From assembly GCA_963829055.1 (NCBI GenBank), contig CAWHHI010000016.1, forward strand, positions 640,001 to 704,000: a DNA stretch of 64,000 bases, written 5' to 3'. Shown piece by piece: positions 1-10,599 of this stretch. Position 1 is the first letter of the stretch; each line of letters opens with the position of its first letter. The position numbers were made by a program, and so were the translations under genes. This DNA is from an uncultured Gemmatimonadaceae bacterium. GTDB taxonomy: Bacteria > Gemmatimonadota > Gemmatimonadetes > Gemmatimonadales > Gemmatimonadaceae. A model generated the notes under the pieces. The model had not been told where the DNA came from. It saw nothing but the letters and a program-made list of their open reading frames with translations, and did no database searches.

Positions 1-485
1 ACTCGAAGCTCGACACTTGGGATCCCCCGTGATTCGAGTGTGTCGATGGCGCGCTCGACGATGCGAGCAGCCGTGCCGCGCCATCCGGAATGAAGCAGCG
101 CGATCGCTCCAGACGCATGGGCGATGAAGACCGGCACGCAATCAGCGATAGACACCGCCGCGCCGGTGCCCCGTTCGAGCGCGAGGTGCCCGTCTGCGTC
201 ACCGCATCGAAGCCACCCTTCCCAGCCCGCACCGTGCGCGATGACGCGGTCGCCGTGCACCTGGTGCGCTGTGGCCAGCCGCGGGCCGGAAGGAGCGAGC
301 TCCGCCCGCAGGCGATCCCAGCGCGCCATGACATCTCGGACGGGCTCGTCGCTGCCGACGCCGAAGCTGCCAGCAGCTCGCGTCGTCGTGAACGCGCGAA
401 TACCGAGGCTCTCGAACTCCGGGACGCTCTCGTACCACGCCCCCGGTACTGCGCGCGACTGTGCGGTGTGCGGCGCCGCCGTCAT
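1..485 (-). CDS. pgeF: YfiH/PgeF-family protein (peptidoglycan editing factor / purine nucleoside phosphorylase), runs off the left edge
   Basis: Not in the ORF track. Hand translation from ATG 485 (overlaps murA stop) gives FTTTR...AHQVHG...ADGH...SIADCVPV...LHSGWRGT, the YfiH family motifs. Confidence 0.85.
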   Translation of the reverse strand, partial: MTAAPHTAQSRAVPGAWYESVPEFESLGIRAFTTTRAAGSFGVGSDEPVRDVMARWDRLRAELAPSGPRLATAHQVHGDRVIAHGAGWEGWLRCGDADGHLALERGTGAAVSIADCVPVFIAHASGAIALLHSGWRGTAARIVERAIDTLESRGIPSVELR

Positions 486-1777
486 CTCCGTCGGTCGTCC
501 ACCCGGGTGATTCGCGCGCCGAGCGCATTGAGCCGCTCGTCGATGCGCTCGTAGCCACGCTCGATCTGGCCCGCATTGTTGATCGTGCTCGTGCCCTTCG
601 CGCACAACGCGGCGAGCAGCATCGCCATTCCAGCTCGAATGTCCGGTGACTCCACCGTTGCCGCGCGGAGCGGAGACGGACCCGCGATGATCGCGCGGTG
701 GGGATCGCACAACACGATGCGGGCGCCCATCCCGATCAGCTTGTCGACGAAAAACATCCGCGACTCGAACATCTTCTCGTGAAAGAGAATGACGCCACTG
801 CACTGCGTCGCGGCGACGATCGCGATGGACATGACGTCCGCCGGGAACGCCGGCCACGGCTGGTCCTCGAGCTTGGGGACGTGTCCACCGAAGTCAGACT
901 GGATCTCGCGTGACTGCTCTGCGGGCACGATGAGGTCATCGCCTTCGATGCGGCACGTGATGCCGAGGCGCGCGAAGCCGAGGAGCGTGGACCGCAAATG
1001 TTCGACGCCGGCGGACTCGATGCGGATCTCGGAGCGCGTGACGGCGGCGAGCCCGATGAACGATCCGACTTCGATGTGGTCGGGGCCGATGCGGTGCGTA
1101 CCGCCACCGATCGACTGACCGCCATGAATGGTGATGGTGTTGGTGCCGATGCCCTCGATCTTCGCGCCGAGCGTGTTCAGGAAATGCGCGAGATCCTGGA
1201 CGTGCGGCTCGGAGGCGGCATTGCGCAGGATCGTCGTTCCGCGCGCCGCCGTCGCGGCAACGAGCGCGTTCTCCGTCGCGGTGACGCTCGGCTCGTCGAG
1301 GAACACGTCAGCGCCGACGAGCGACTTCGCGCGCAGCTCGAACTTGTCGTTCGCCTTGATCTCCGCACCGAGTTGCTCGAGCGCCAGGAAATGGGTGTCC
1401 AGCCGCCGGCGCCCAATGACGTCGCCGCCCGGTGGCGGCAGCGTGATCTCACCGCAGCGGGCGAGGAGTGGACCGGCCAACAGAATCGACGCGCGAATCT
1501 TTCGACAGAGCTCGGGGTCGAGGTCCGACGGACGGATGGTCTTTGCGTGGATGCTCAGCGTGTTTCGCTCGGTCCATTCGGCGCTGGCGCCGACCGAGTT
1601 CACCAGCTCCACCAATGTCTCGGTGTCGCGGATGCGGGGCACATTCTGGAGCGTGACCGGGTGCTCAGAGAGGAGCGATGCGGCGATGATCGGGAGGGCG
1701 GCGTTCTTGTTGCCGGAGGGTCGAATCGATCCGGAGAGCGTGGCTTCGCCCTCGACGATGAACTGCACTGCTGCCAT
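482..1777 (-). CDS. murA: UDP-N-acetylglucosamine 1-carboxyvinyltransferase
   Basis: [33 protein letters not shown] and IERGYE motifs; 431 aa. Confidence 0.97.
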   Translation of the reverse strand: MAAVQFIVEGEATLSGSIRPSGNKNAALPIIAASLLSEHPVTLQNVPRIRDTETLVELVNSVGASAEWTERNTLSIHAKTIRPSDLDPELCRKIRASILLAGPLLARCGEITLPPPGGDVIGRRRLDTHFLALEQLGAEIKANDKFELRAKSLVGADVFLDEPSVTATENALVAATAARGTTILRNAASEPHVQDLAHFLNTLGAKIEGIGTNTITIHGGQSIGGGTHRIGPDHIEVGSFIGLAAVTRSEIRIESAGVEHLRSTLLGFARLGITCRIEGDDLIVPAEQSREIQSDFGGHVPKLEDQPWPAFPADVMSIAIVAATQCSGVILFHEKMFESRMFFVDKLIGMGARIVLCDPHRAIIAGPSPLRAATVESPDIRAGMAMLLAALCAKGTSTINNAGQIERGYERIDERLNALGARITRVDDRRR

Positions 1778-1807
1778 GAGATCGGGGTGCCGGTCGGTGT
1801 GAGTTGC

Positions 1808-1836
1808 TTGACACGCTATTTTGCCACCGGTACGAT
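1808..1836 (+). promoter_or_regulatory. sigma70-type promoter for the DUF948 operon
   Basis: TTGACA (1808-1813), 17-nt spacer, TACGAT (1831-1836). Confidence 0.65.
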
Positions 1837-1970
1837 CCGCGATGACGCGAACGTACTCGCTCGGCTCAACCGGCGGGTGGCCTCAGCCTTGCACACTCGC
1901 GCGGGCGGCGGCACGGCCGCGCGAATGACTCGTCGCACGCCGAAGGGTAACACATCAATCCACTGATCGC

Positions 1971-2633
1971 ATGACAGCGGGTTTCGCGCGGCTGGCTGCG
2001 GAGCTGCTTCAACAAGTTAGCACCGCTCTGCCCGACACGATCTACACGAAGCAGGTGGGCGGGGAGCCTGGCGCGTTCGCGAAAGTCGCGAGCGTCGCGC
2101 AAGGCTTGATGACGATCGCCATTCTGATACTGACGGTCGTTCTCGTACCGGCAGCGTGGAACTTTCGGAGCAGCTACAAACGCGTCAACGAACTGATCGA
2201 CCGGTTCTATGGGGACATCGGTCCGCTGGTGCGAAACGCGAACGGGATTGCCGACAACGTCAATTACATCACGACGGCCATCCGCGTTGACGTGCAGCAG
2301 TTCAATCAGACGGTCGCGCTGGCGAACGAGCGGCTGACGACGGCCGTGAAGACCGCGGAGCTGCGGTTGAACGAACTCGACGCGCTCATGCGGGTGATAC
2401 AGCGGGAAGCGGAGGACACGTTCGTGTCCACCGCATCGACGCTGCGCGGTATGCGAGCCGGTGCAACGACGCTTCGCGATCAGGTGGCAGAGGGCACGAT
2501 TGCGGAGGCGGACGAGTTCGAAGACGATGACGCGCTCTATGAGCGAGAGGAGAGCCATGGCGACGACGGTGAGACCGAGAGTGAATGGCACGAACGACCG
2601 CGTGTCCGACCGCGGACGAGCGACCGAGCGTGA
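1971..2633 (+). CDS. DUF948-like membrane-anchored coiled-coil protein
   Basis: One TM segment followed by a heptad-like helical region; sits upstream of a YtxH-like gene. Confidence 0.65.
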   Translation: MTAGFARLAAELLQQVSTALPDTIYTKQVGGEPGAFAKVASVAQGLMTIAILILTVVLVPAAWNFRSSYKRVNELIDRFYGDIGPLVRNANGIADNVNYITTAIRVDVQQFNQTVALANERLTTAVKTAELRLNELDALMRVIQREAEDTFVSTASTLRGMRAGATTLRDQVAEGTIAEADEFEDDDALYEREESHGDDGETESEWHERPRVRPRTSDRA

Positions 2634-2988
2634 CCAACAGTACGACCTGCTGACGGCGGCGGTCCTTGGTGCCGTGATCGGCGCGGGCGCCGCACTGCTG
2701 CTGCGCCGCGGCCCGAGTGGCCGTCGTCCCATCTCGCCTCTCGCGGGCGTGGCCGGCGGTGCCGCCGCGGGCGCCGCGAAATGGGCTGGCAAGCGCGGGC
2801 GACAGGGTGCGCGCTGGGCCGCGAAGCGCAGCGGCGAGGCGTGGGATCGCGTGCCGGTCGATACCATCCGCGAAGAGATCGGCGATGCGATCAACACCGC
2901 GCGCGAGACCGTCGCCGACGTCGTCGAGTCGGAGCTCCGTGATCTGCGCAAGGCCATTCGTCGGCAACGCAAACGGCTCGGCGTATAG
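2557..2988 (+). CDS. YtxH-like protein
   Basis: GAGGAG RBS before ATG 2557; LGAVIGAGAALLL motif followed by an amphipathic helical tail. Confidence 0.6.
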   Translation: MATTVRPRVNGTNDRVSDRGRATERDQQYDLLTAAVLGAVIGAGAALLLRRGPSGRRPISPLAGVAGGAAAGAAKWAGKRGRQGARWAAKRSGEAWDRVPVDTIREEIGDAINTARETVADVVESELRDLRKAIRRQRKRLGV

Positions 2989-2993
2989 CACCT

Positions 2994-3956
2994 GTGAGCG
3001 TGACGCGCAGCCCGACGGGCTGGCGCTCTACGACAGTGTTCGTGCTGGGCGCGGTCGTGATCGCGATTATCGTGATCGCGCTGTCGCCCAGCGCCGCGTT
3101 CGCATGGACGCCGGGCACGCACGTTTTCCTGGGTGAGGCCGTACTGCGGTCCCTCCCACTCCTGCCCTCGGCCGTTGGTGACCTGCTGTCGGCGTTCCCG
3201 TACGACTTTCTGTACGGGTCGATCGCCGCGGACACGAGCATCGCGAAGAAGTACGCGGCAGCCGGCCGACATTGTCACGCCTGGAACATCGGACTCGAGA
3301 TCCGCGAGCAGGCGCGCGACGAACCGCTGCATGCGTTCGCGCTCGGGTATCTCGCCCATCTCGCCGCCGACGCGGTCGCGCACAACTACTTCGTCCCGCG
3401 CCAGCTCGCGACGACGTCGAGCACCTCAGCGCTCGGTCACAGCTACTGGGAAAGTCGCTTCGAGACGCATCTGGGAGAGCGCTTCGCGCGGCGCGCGCGC
3501 GAGCTGATTCTGCTCGACCACGCGCGCTCCGACGCGCACCTGGATCGCATTCTGAGCCCCACGATCTTCAGCACGCCGACCAATCGTCGGATCTTTCGCG
3601 GCATGGTCTACGTCACGGACACCGAGTCGTGGCAGCGCATCTTCCAGCTCATGTCGGAGAAGAGCCGGTGGGATCTTCCGGATGCGGACGTGGGCGCGTA
3701 CATGACGCGCTCGTTCGACTTCATCGTAGACTTCCTGCGCCGGATCGAGGGCTCGGAGCCGTACCTGCTCGACCCGTCCGGCGAAACACCGCTGCGGCTG
3801 GCGAAGCGCGTTAGGCGGGCTGCGCTGCGCCAGGGCGGCGAGGAGCTCGTGACGAGCGAAGCACAGCGGCACTTCGGCCTTCCTGAATCGAAATTGCGGT
3901 TCGCGGTGGAGCTCCCCTCCCCGCTCTATCCGCTGGCGCGCGCCGCCAGCAACTGA
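2994..3956 (+). CDS. Zinc-dependent phospholipase C family protein
   Basis: Signal-like N-terminus, mature W-T-P-G-T-H start, FLYGSIAAD, GYLAHLAADAVAH and HSYWE Zn-ligand motifs. Confidence 0.8.
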   Translation: MSVTRSPTGWRSTTVFVLGAVVIAIIVIALSPSAAFAWTPGTHVFLGEAVLRSLPLLPSAVGDLLSAFPYDFLYGSIAADTSIAKKYAAAGRHCHAWNIGLEIREQARDEPLHAFALGYLAHLAADAVAHNYFVPRQLATTSSTSALGHSYWESRFETHLGERFARRARELILLDHARSDAHLDRILSPTIFSTPTNRRIFRGMVYVTDTESWQRIFQLMSEKSRWDLPDADVGAYMTRSFDFIVDFLRRIEGSEPYLLDPSGETPLRLAKRVRRAALRQGGEELVTSEAQRHFGLPESKLRFAVELPSPLYPLARAASN

Positions 3957-5395
3957 TTCACCTTCTTCGGGTCCGCGCGGCCACCCGACTTCTTCATGAC
4001 CGCGCCGACGAACACACCGAGCAGCTTCTTCTCGCCACCCACGTAGCGCTGCCATTCGGCCGACTGGGCCGTGATGACTTCGTCGACCCACGTCGCGAGC
4101 TGCGTCTCGTCGCCGACCTGTGCCAACCCCTCGCGCTCCGCGATCTGCTCGGGCCGGTCACCGCTCTGCGTCATGAGAGCAAAAATGCGCTTTGCCGCTG
4201 TATGACTGACGGCGCCATCGCGTACCATGTCCAGCAACTTTGCCAGATCGGCGGGGCGCACCACGAACCGTTCGATGGTGAGACCGGCGTTCTTGAGCGC
4301 GGCCAACACCTCGCCCATGACCCAGTTCGCCGCGGCTTTCGAGTCGCCGTGCGCGCGGGCCACTGACTCGAAATACTCCGAAACGCGCGGGCTCGCCGTC
4401 AGCACGTCAACGTCGTACGCGCTCAGGCGATACTCGTCGGCGAAGCGTCGGCGGCGCGCGTCGGGCAGCTCCGGCAGGCGTCCGCGAATCCGCTCGATCC
4501 AGTCCTTCGTCAAGCGAAGTGGCGGCAGATCGGGATCGGGGAAGTACCGATAGTCGTGGCTTCCCTCCTTCGTCCTCGCCGGTCTGACGGTTCCGCGGTC
4601 GGCGTCCCAGAGCAGCGTCTGCTGCTCGACTCGCCCGTGCGCGTCGAGGATGGCGGCCTGGCGCGCGAACTCCGCGTCGAGCGCGCGCTCGACGCCCGAG
4701 AACGAGTTCATGTTCTTGACCTCCGTCTTCGTGCCCAGCTTCGTCGCGCCGCGTTCGCGGATGCTGATGTTCGCGTCCACGCGAAGGCTGCCCTCCTCCA
4801 TGTTCAAGTCGCTGACATCGACGTACTCGAGCAACTGCCGGAGCAGTCGAAGGTACGAACCCGCTTCGGCGCTCGACCGAATATCCGGCTCGCTCACGAT
4901 CTCGATGAGCGGAACTCCGGCGCGATTCAGGTCGATCGCGGTCGCCGCCGCGAATCGATCATGGATGGACTTGCCGGCGTCCTCCTCCATGTGCACGCGC
5001 GTGATGCCAATGCGGATGGCCGAGCCGTTCGCTTGCTCGCCGATGATGAGTGAGCCTTCGGTCGCGAGCGGCTTGTCGAACTGCGAGATCTGGTAGCCCT
5101 TGGGCAAGTCCGGATAGAAGTAGTTCTTGCGTGCGAAGATCGACTCCTCCTGGACCTTCGCACCTAACGCCAACGCCGCTCGGCTCGCCAGCTCGACGGC
5201 GGCCTCATTCAGGACCGGGAGACTGCCGGGCAGCGCGAGACACACGGGACAGGTGTTCCGATTCGGCGGCTCGCCAAACTGTGCGGAGCAGTTGCAGAAC
5301 AGCTTCGTCCGCGTGCGGAGCTGAACGTGGACCTCGAGCCCTACGACCATCTCGTACCGCGATGTAACGGCGGTCTGTGTCGTGGTGTCGGTCAC
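3926..5395 (-). CDS. gatB: Asp/Glu-tRNA amidotransferase subunit B
   Basis: VGLEVHVQL, RKNYFYPDLPKGYQISQ, HMEEDAGK and DYRYFPDPDL motifs. Confidence 0.98.
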   Translation of the reverse strand: MTDTTTQTAVTSRYEMVVGLEVHVQLRTRTKLFCNCSAQFGEPPNRNTCPVCLALPGSLPVLNEAAVELASRAALALGAKVQEESIFARKNYFYPDLPKGYQISQFDKPLATEGSLIIGEQANGSAIRIGITRVHMEEDAGKSIHDRFAAATAIDLNRAGVPLIEIVSEPDIRSSAEAGSYLRLLRQLLEYVDVSDLNMEEGSLRVDANISIRERGATKLGTKTEVKNMNSFSGVERALDAEFARQAAILDAHGRVEQQTLLWDADRGTVRPARTKEGSHDYRYFPDPDLPPLRLTKDWIERIRGRLPELPDARRRRFADEYRLSAYDVDVLTASPRVSEYFESVARAHGDSKAAANWVMGEVLAALKNAGLTIERFVVRPADLAKLLDMVRDGAVSHTAAKRIFALMTQSGDRPEQIAEREGLAQVGDETQLATWVDEVITAQSAEWQRYVGGEKKLLGVFVGAVMKKSGGRADPKKVNQLLAARASG

Positions 5396-6846
5396 TGGTG
5401 CGCGTCCTCGCCTAACGCCCTCTCGATGGCATACGCGACTCGGAACATTGTCAGCTCGTCGAAGTGCTTCGCCATGACCTGTCCGCCGATCGGCAGCCGG
5501 TCCACGCGCCCGACGGGCACGGACATGGCCGGAATGCCCGCCAGATTCGCCGTAACCGTGAAGATGTCGCTCAGATACATCTCGTACGGGTCGGACCGCG
5601 AACCGAGCGGGAATGCCGGCGTGGGGGCAGTCGGAGTAAACAGCACGTGCACGCCAGAATCGAAGACGCGTCGGAAATCCGTGGCGATGAGACCGCGGAC
5701 TTCCTGCGCTTTCTTGTAGTACGCGTCGTAGTAGCCCGCCGAGAGGACGTACGTGCCCAGCAGGATGCGGCGCGTGACTTCAGGACCGAAGCCGTTGGAG
5801 CGGGTCCGCTCGTACATCTCGCGCAGCGCAGGGGTCTGCGCGCGCGGGCCGTAGCGAACGCCATCGAAGCGAGCGAGGTTCGATGACGCTTCCGCCGGCG
5901 CGATGATGTAGTACGTGGGAATGGCGAGGTCGGTATGCGGCAACGAGACATCGCGGACCGTCGCGCCGAGGTGCCGCAACGAATCGAGCGTCGCATCGCA
6001 GCGTTCGCGCACGCGGGGATCCAGCGACTCCGGGAAGTACTCGCGCGGACGCCCGATCACCACCCCCGTTAGGCTCTCGGTGGCCAGCGAGCGGTAGTCA
6101 TCGACCGGCACGTCAGCGCTTGTCGAGTCGAACCGATCGCGTCCGGCGATGGCGGCAAGTCCGATCGCCGCATCGTCAACGGTGCGGCCGAACACCCCGA
6201 CCTGGTCGAGCGACGACGCGAATGCCACCAGCCCATACCGGCTCACGCGACCGTACGTCGGCTTGACACCAACGACGCCGCAGAACGCTGCCGGCTGCCG
6301 TACGGAGCCGCCCGTCTCGGAGCCGAGTGCGACGCGCACGATGCCGGACGCCACGCACGCCGCGGATCCGCCAGACGATCCACCCGGCACTCGCGTCGGG
6401 TCGAGCGGGTTCCGCGCCGGACCGTAGGCCGAGTTTTCGTTCGACGATCCCATCGCGAACTCGTCCATGTTCGTCTTCGCGACGACGATCGCGCCGGCCG
6501 ACCGCAGACGACTGACGACGGTCGCCTCGTACGGGCTGACATAGCCTTCGAGGACGCGCGACCCGCACGTCGTCGGCATGGTCAGCGTCGCGAGGTTGTC
6601 CTTCACTACTACTGGAACGCCAGCCAGTGGGCCCGGGCGATTCCCCTCCCGGTGCAGCTGGGCGACCTGTGTGGCGTCGCCTAACGCCGCCTCGCGGTCG
6701 TGCGCGAGGATCGCATTCAGCCCGTCGGCGCCCGCACGAACCTCGGTGGCGCGAGCGAACGCTTGCTCCACCGCGTCGGTGGGAGCAGCTGTCCCCTCTG
6801 CGTGTCGCCGCGCGAGCTCAGCGACGGAGAGCGCGGCGGCGCTCAT
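5392..6846 (-). CDS. gatA: Asp/Glu-tRNA amidotransferase subunit A
   Basis: KTNMDEFAMGSS, GGSSGGSAA, GSETGGSVRQP and SSNLARFDG motifs. Confidence 0.98.
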   Translation of the reverse strand: MSAAALSVAELARRHAEGTAAPTDAVEQAFARATEVRAGADGLNAILAHDREAALGDATQVAQLHREGNRPGPLAGVPVVVKDNLATLTMPTTCGSRVLEGYVSPYEATVVSRLRSAGAIVVAKTNMDEFAMGSSNENSAYGPARNPLDPTRVPGGSSGGSAACVASGIVRVALGSETGGSVRQPAAFCGVVGVKPTYGRVSRYGLVAFASSLDQVGVFGRTVDDAAIGLAAIAGRDRFDSTSADVPVDDYRSLATESLTGVVIGRPREYFPESLDPRVRERCDATLDSLRHLGATVRDVSLPHTDLAIPTYYIIAPAEASSNLARFDGVRYGPRAQTPALREMYERTRSNGFGPEVTRRILLGTYVLSAGYYDAYYKKAQEVRGLIATDFRRVFDSGVHVLFTPTAPTPAFPLGSRSDPYEMYLSDIFTVTANLAGIPAMSVPVGRVDRLPIGGQVMAKHFDELTMFRVAYAIERALGEDAHQ

Positions 6847-7157
6847 GCCGACTCCGCGTCGGCATCCTCATGGGTCGCCAGACGAGGCACGAGGAAGAAT
6901 CCGTCACGCATGGCGGGCGCAAACGCGTCACGCGGCCGGGCCAGCGGGTACTGATTCCCTCCGTCCACACGCAACGGTGTCCCTGCCGCCCCAACGCCAG
7001 TGACAGGCGCCACGGCCGACGTGTCCACCTTGGACAGTACATCCATGTGCGCGAGGATGCCGTTGAGCTCCGCGGCGATGGTCGGGATACGCGCCGGGTC
7101 CAACCCGAGACGCGCGAGTGCCGCGACGTGCCTCACTTCGTCTTCGCTGACGGCCAC
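6843..7157 (-). CDS. gatC: Asp/Glu-tRNA amidotransferase subunit C
   Basis: EVRHVAALARL and GFFLVPR motifs; GTG start overlaps the upstream helicase stop. Confidence 0.93.
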   Translation of the reverse strand: MAVSEDEVRHVAALARLGLDPARIPTIAAELNGILAHMDVLSKVDTSAVAPVTGVGAAGTPLRVDGGNQYPLARPRDAFAPAMRDGFFLVPRLATHEDADAESA

Positions 7158-9430
7158 TAGTCCCATCCTCGCTCGAGGCCGGCGTATGCGACGACGAGGC
7201 GCTTGCGACCCACGGACTCGTCGTCGAAATCGACGGTGACCTTCGTGTCGCGCCCGACGCCCGACAGCTCGGATATCGTGCCGGAGCCGAAGCGACCGTG
7301 CCGCACGCGCTCGCCCTTGACGAACCGGGGTGAGTCCTGCGACGCCTCGACTTCGGTGTCAGCGCCGTACGACACCCGAGCCCCGGGCCGTCGCACGGCC
7401 GCGGACTGGTGCGGCATCACGCTGCGGCCCGTCGCCCGGAGCTTGAGCGTCGAACGCTCCTCGAGCATGCCGGGAGGAATCACCGCGAGGAAGCTCGACG
7501 GGATGGACGGCATCTGCTCGCCATTCCGGCGTCGCGACCGTGCGTGCGTGATGTAGAGCTTCTGCTCGGCGCGCGTGATCCCGACGTAGAACAGCCGCCG
7601 CTCCTCCTCGAGCATCGGAGGGTCGTCGAAGGCGCGTGCGAGCGGAAAGAGCCCGTCCTCCATGCCGGCGATGAACACGACCGGGAATTCCAGTCCCTTC
7701 GCGTTATGCATCGTCATCATCGTGACGGCATCCGCGTTCGGATCCAGTGCATCGACCCCCGTCACGAGAGTCGAGCGCTGCAGGAAATGGTCGAGCGGCG
7801 TGAGACCGACCTCTCCGCCGTCATCAGCGACGACTTCGGCCGCGCTGGCGACGAGCTCGCGAACGTTGTCGAGGCGGTCCTGCGCGTCGGGCTCGGCGCG
7901 GAGGTGATCGCCGTATCGAATGGCGTCGATGAGGTCGCGCAACACTTCGTCGACAGCCGACTCACGCGCCATCTCACGCATACGGCCCATCAAGGACGCG
8001 AATTCCGCCAGCGTCGCGCGAGCCGCGGGTCGAAGCGACGAAAGCAGATCCGGTCGTACTGACGCCGCGAGCAGCGGGATTCCCTCGGCGCGTGCGGCCG
8101 CGGCGAGCGCATCGATGCTCGTTTCGCCGACACCGCGCTTGGGCGCCGCAATGGCGCGGCGGAACGCCTCGTCGTCGTTAGGGTTCGCGATGAGCTTGAG
8201 GTAGCCCATGAGGTCGCGGATCTCGCGCCGGTCGTAGAAGCGCACCGCGCCAACGAGGCGATAGGCGAAGCCGCGTCGCCGGAGCGATTCCTCGAGCGAA
8301 CGACTCTGCGCGTTCGTCCTGTACAGCACCGCGAAATCGCGAAGCGTGAGACCACCGCCAAGCGCGTGACCCGGCTGACGGGCCGCGGGCGAGCCTCGGC
8401 GTGCGGCAATCTCCTCGACAATGAAATCGGCTTCATCGCGATCGTCGAGCGCGCCGACGACCGTCGCTCGTTCGCCGCCGGGCCGCGTGGAGCGGAGCGT
8501 CTTGCCACGCCGCTCGGTGTTCGCGCTGATGGCGACGTTCGCCAGTTCCAGGATCTGCGGCGTCGACCGGTAGTTTTCCTCGAGCCTAACGACTTTCGCG
8601 TTCGGAAAATCCTTCTCGAAGTCGAGGATGTTCCGGATGTCGGCGCCGCGCCAACCGTAAATGGACTGGTCATCGTCACCGACGACCATGACGTTCGCGT
8701 GCGCACCGCCGATCAACTTGATGAGGCGATACTGCGCGCGGTTCGTGTCCTGGTACTCGTCCACGAGAACGAAGCGAAAGCGATTGCTGTATTGCTCCTG
8801 CAGATGCGGGTTCTGCTCGAGAATGCGAACGGGGAGCACGAGCAGATCGTCGAACGTCACTGCATTCGCCTGACGCAGCGCTGCCTCGAGCTCCGCATAC
8901 ACCGGCGCCACGGCCTTGGTCCGAGGGTCCAGCGCGAGCGACTGATACTCCGTCGCGCTCACCAGCGCATTCTTCGCGTCAGAAATAGCGTCGAGGATCG
9001 AGCGCGGCGAATAGTCCTTCGCCGAAATCCGAAGCCGCTCCATGATGCGCTTGATGACGCCTGTCGCGTCATCCTCGTCGTAGATCGTGAAGCTCGGCGT
9101 TCGCCCGACGAGGTGCGCCGCCGAGCGCAGCATGCGCGCGCCGACGGAGTGGAAAGTGCCGCACCACATGCCCGCCGGTTCGGCACCAAGGAGGCGACCG
9201 ATCCGCTCCCGCATCTCGCCCGCGGCCTTGTTCGTGAACGTGACCGCGAGGATGTGCTTCGGGTCCACGCCGTGGTGTTCCACCAGATGCGCAATGCGCG
9301 TCGTGAGCACGCGCGTCTTCCCGGAGCCCGCGCCGGCAAGCACGAGCATCGCACCTTCGAAATGCAGCACTGCCTCGCGCTGCGCGGGATTGAGGCCGGC
9401 GAGCCAGTCTTGAGACAACGTCGTGGACAT
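7157..9430 (-). CDS. pcrA: UvrD/PcrA family ATP-dependent DNA helicase
   Basis: AGAGSGKT, TFTNKAA, VDEYQDTN, ENYRST, HNAKGLEF and EERRLFYVGITRA motifs, C-terminal Tudor-like domain; start placed at ATG 9430 (TGATG overlap). Confidence 0.95.
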   Translation of the reverse strand: MSTTLSQDWLAGLNPAQREAVLHFEGAMLVLAGAGSGKTRVLTTRIAHLVEHHGVDPKHILAVTFTNKAAGEMRERIGRLLGAEPAGMWCGTFHSVGARMLRSAAHLVGRTPSFTIYDEDDATGVIKRIMERLRISAKDYSPRSILDAISDAKNALVSATEYQSLALDPRTKAVAPVYAELEAALRQANAVTFDDLLVLPVRILEQNPHLQEQYSNRFRFVLVDEYQDTNRAQYRLIKLIGGAHANVMVVGDDDQSIYGWRGADIRNILDFEKDFPNAKVVRLEENYRSTPQILELANVAISANTERRGKTLRSTRPGGERATVVGALDDRDEADFIVEEIAARRGSPAARQPGHALGGGLTLRDFAVLYRTNAQSRSLEESLRRRGFAYRLVGAVRFYDRREIRDLMGYLKLIANPNDDEAFRRAIAAPKRGVGETSIDALAAAARAEGIPLLAASVRPDLLSSLRPAARATLAEFASLMGRMREMARESAVDEVLRDLIDAIRYGDHLRAEPDAQDRLDNVRELVASAAEVVADDGGEVGLTPLDHFLQRSTLVTGVDALDPNADAVTMMTMHNAKGLEFPVVFIAGMEDGLFPLARAFDDPPMLEEERRLFYVGITRAEQKLYITHARSRRRNGEQMPSIPSSFLAVIPPGMLEERSTLKLRATGRSVMPHQSAAVRRPGARVSYGADTEVEASQDSPRFVKGERVRHGRFGSGTISELSGVGRDTKVTVDFDDESVGRKRLVVAYAGLERGWD

Positions 9431-10599
9431 CAGTGCAAGATAACGTCGAAGGTCGCGCCCCGCGGCGCTGGAACGAGATGCAATGTGCCGCCGTGATTCT
9501 CCTGCACGATGCGACGCGCGAGGGAAAGTCCCACGCCCCACCCGTGATCCTTCGTCGAGAAGCCGGCGTCGAACACGCGTGTGCGAATGTCACGTGGAAC
9601 GCCAGGGCCATCGTCCGCGACGCGAATGCGAACGCCTTCAGGTACGCGAGCGGCAGTGATGTAGATACGGCCGCCGCGACCCGCGAGCGCGTCTACCGCG
9701 TTTTTTATCAGCGCCTCGAGCGCCCATTCGAGCAACACGGCATCGCCGTGAATGAGCAACGGTTCGTCTCCGCCTGACGCGGCGATCTCGACGGCGTGCG
9801 CAAGCGTGGGCACGCGGGCTCGAAAATATCCGCCGACATGTTCGACGAGCTGACGAACGTCGACGGGATCTTGCCGCGGCGGACGACCGATGCGCTCGAA
9901 GCGATGCGCGACGCGCTCGAGTCGATCGAGGTCACCGCGCATGTGTTCGATGGCCTTGCTCATGAGCGGATCGCCTGCGCGCTCTCCGAGCAGCTCGAGC
10001 CATCCGCTCAACGACGAGAGCGGCGTCCCGAGTTGATGCGCAGACTCGCGCGCCATGCCGGCCCAGACTTTCTCGCGGTCCGCTCGCTCGCGCGTCCGGA
10101 ACGCGTACAGTCCCGCGAGCAATAACAGCGCGAGCGTCCCGGCCTGCACGAGCGGAATGATGCGCAACCCGAACACGAGCGGCGTGTCGCCAATGTGGAC
10201 GGTGCCGACTCCCTGCTCCGCGATCGGCTCGTTCTCTCGATCGAGCTTCGCGATGTACCGGCGCAGCGCCTCGTTGCCCTGGAGGCGCGGATCGACACGA
10301 GTGCCTCCACTCGCCAGCTTGTCGAACGGCGTGTTCACCGCCGCGGCAAGGTTTCCGTCGGCGTCCGTGACGAGCACGGGGACTTTCGATTCCCCAATGG
10401 CGCGCGACATATCGAGCAACGCGGCGGAGGCGTCCGCACCGGGATCCGCGAGTGCTTCGTAGACGCGCGCGTAGAGGCGACCAGATCGCTCGGCCTCGTG
10501 TCGCAGTTCAGCGACGACGCTTTGCGTGTAGACAATGTACGAACCGAGGAGCAGGACGACTCCAACGGTGACGACGAAGAACGACGCGCCGCGGCGCAC
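9430..10599 (-). CDS. Membrane sensor histidine kinase
   Basis: Two TM segments, H-box ESAHQLGTPLS, N-box KNAVDA, DDGPG and GWGVGL G-boxes. Confidence 0.92.
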   Translation of the reverse strand: MRRGASFFVVTVGVVLLLGSYIVYTQSVVAELRHEAERSGRLYARVYEALADPGADASAALLDMSRAIGESKVPVLVTDADGNLAAAVNTPFDKLASGGTRVDPRLQGNEALRRYIAKLDRENEPIAEQGVGTVHIGDTPLVFGLRIIPLVQAGTLALLLLAGLYAFRTRERADREKVWAGMARESAHQLGTPLSSLSGWLELLGERAGDPLMSKAIEHMRGDLDRLERVAHRFERIGRPPRQDPVDVRQLVEHVGGYFRARVPTLAHAVEIAASGGDEPLLIHGDAVLLEWALEALIKNAVDALAGRGGRIYITAARVPEGVRIRVADDGPGVPRDIRTRVFDAGFSTKDHGWGVGLSLARRIVQENHGGTLHLVPAPRGATFDVILH

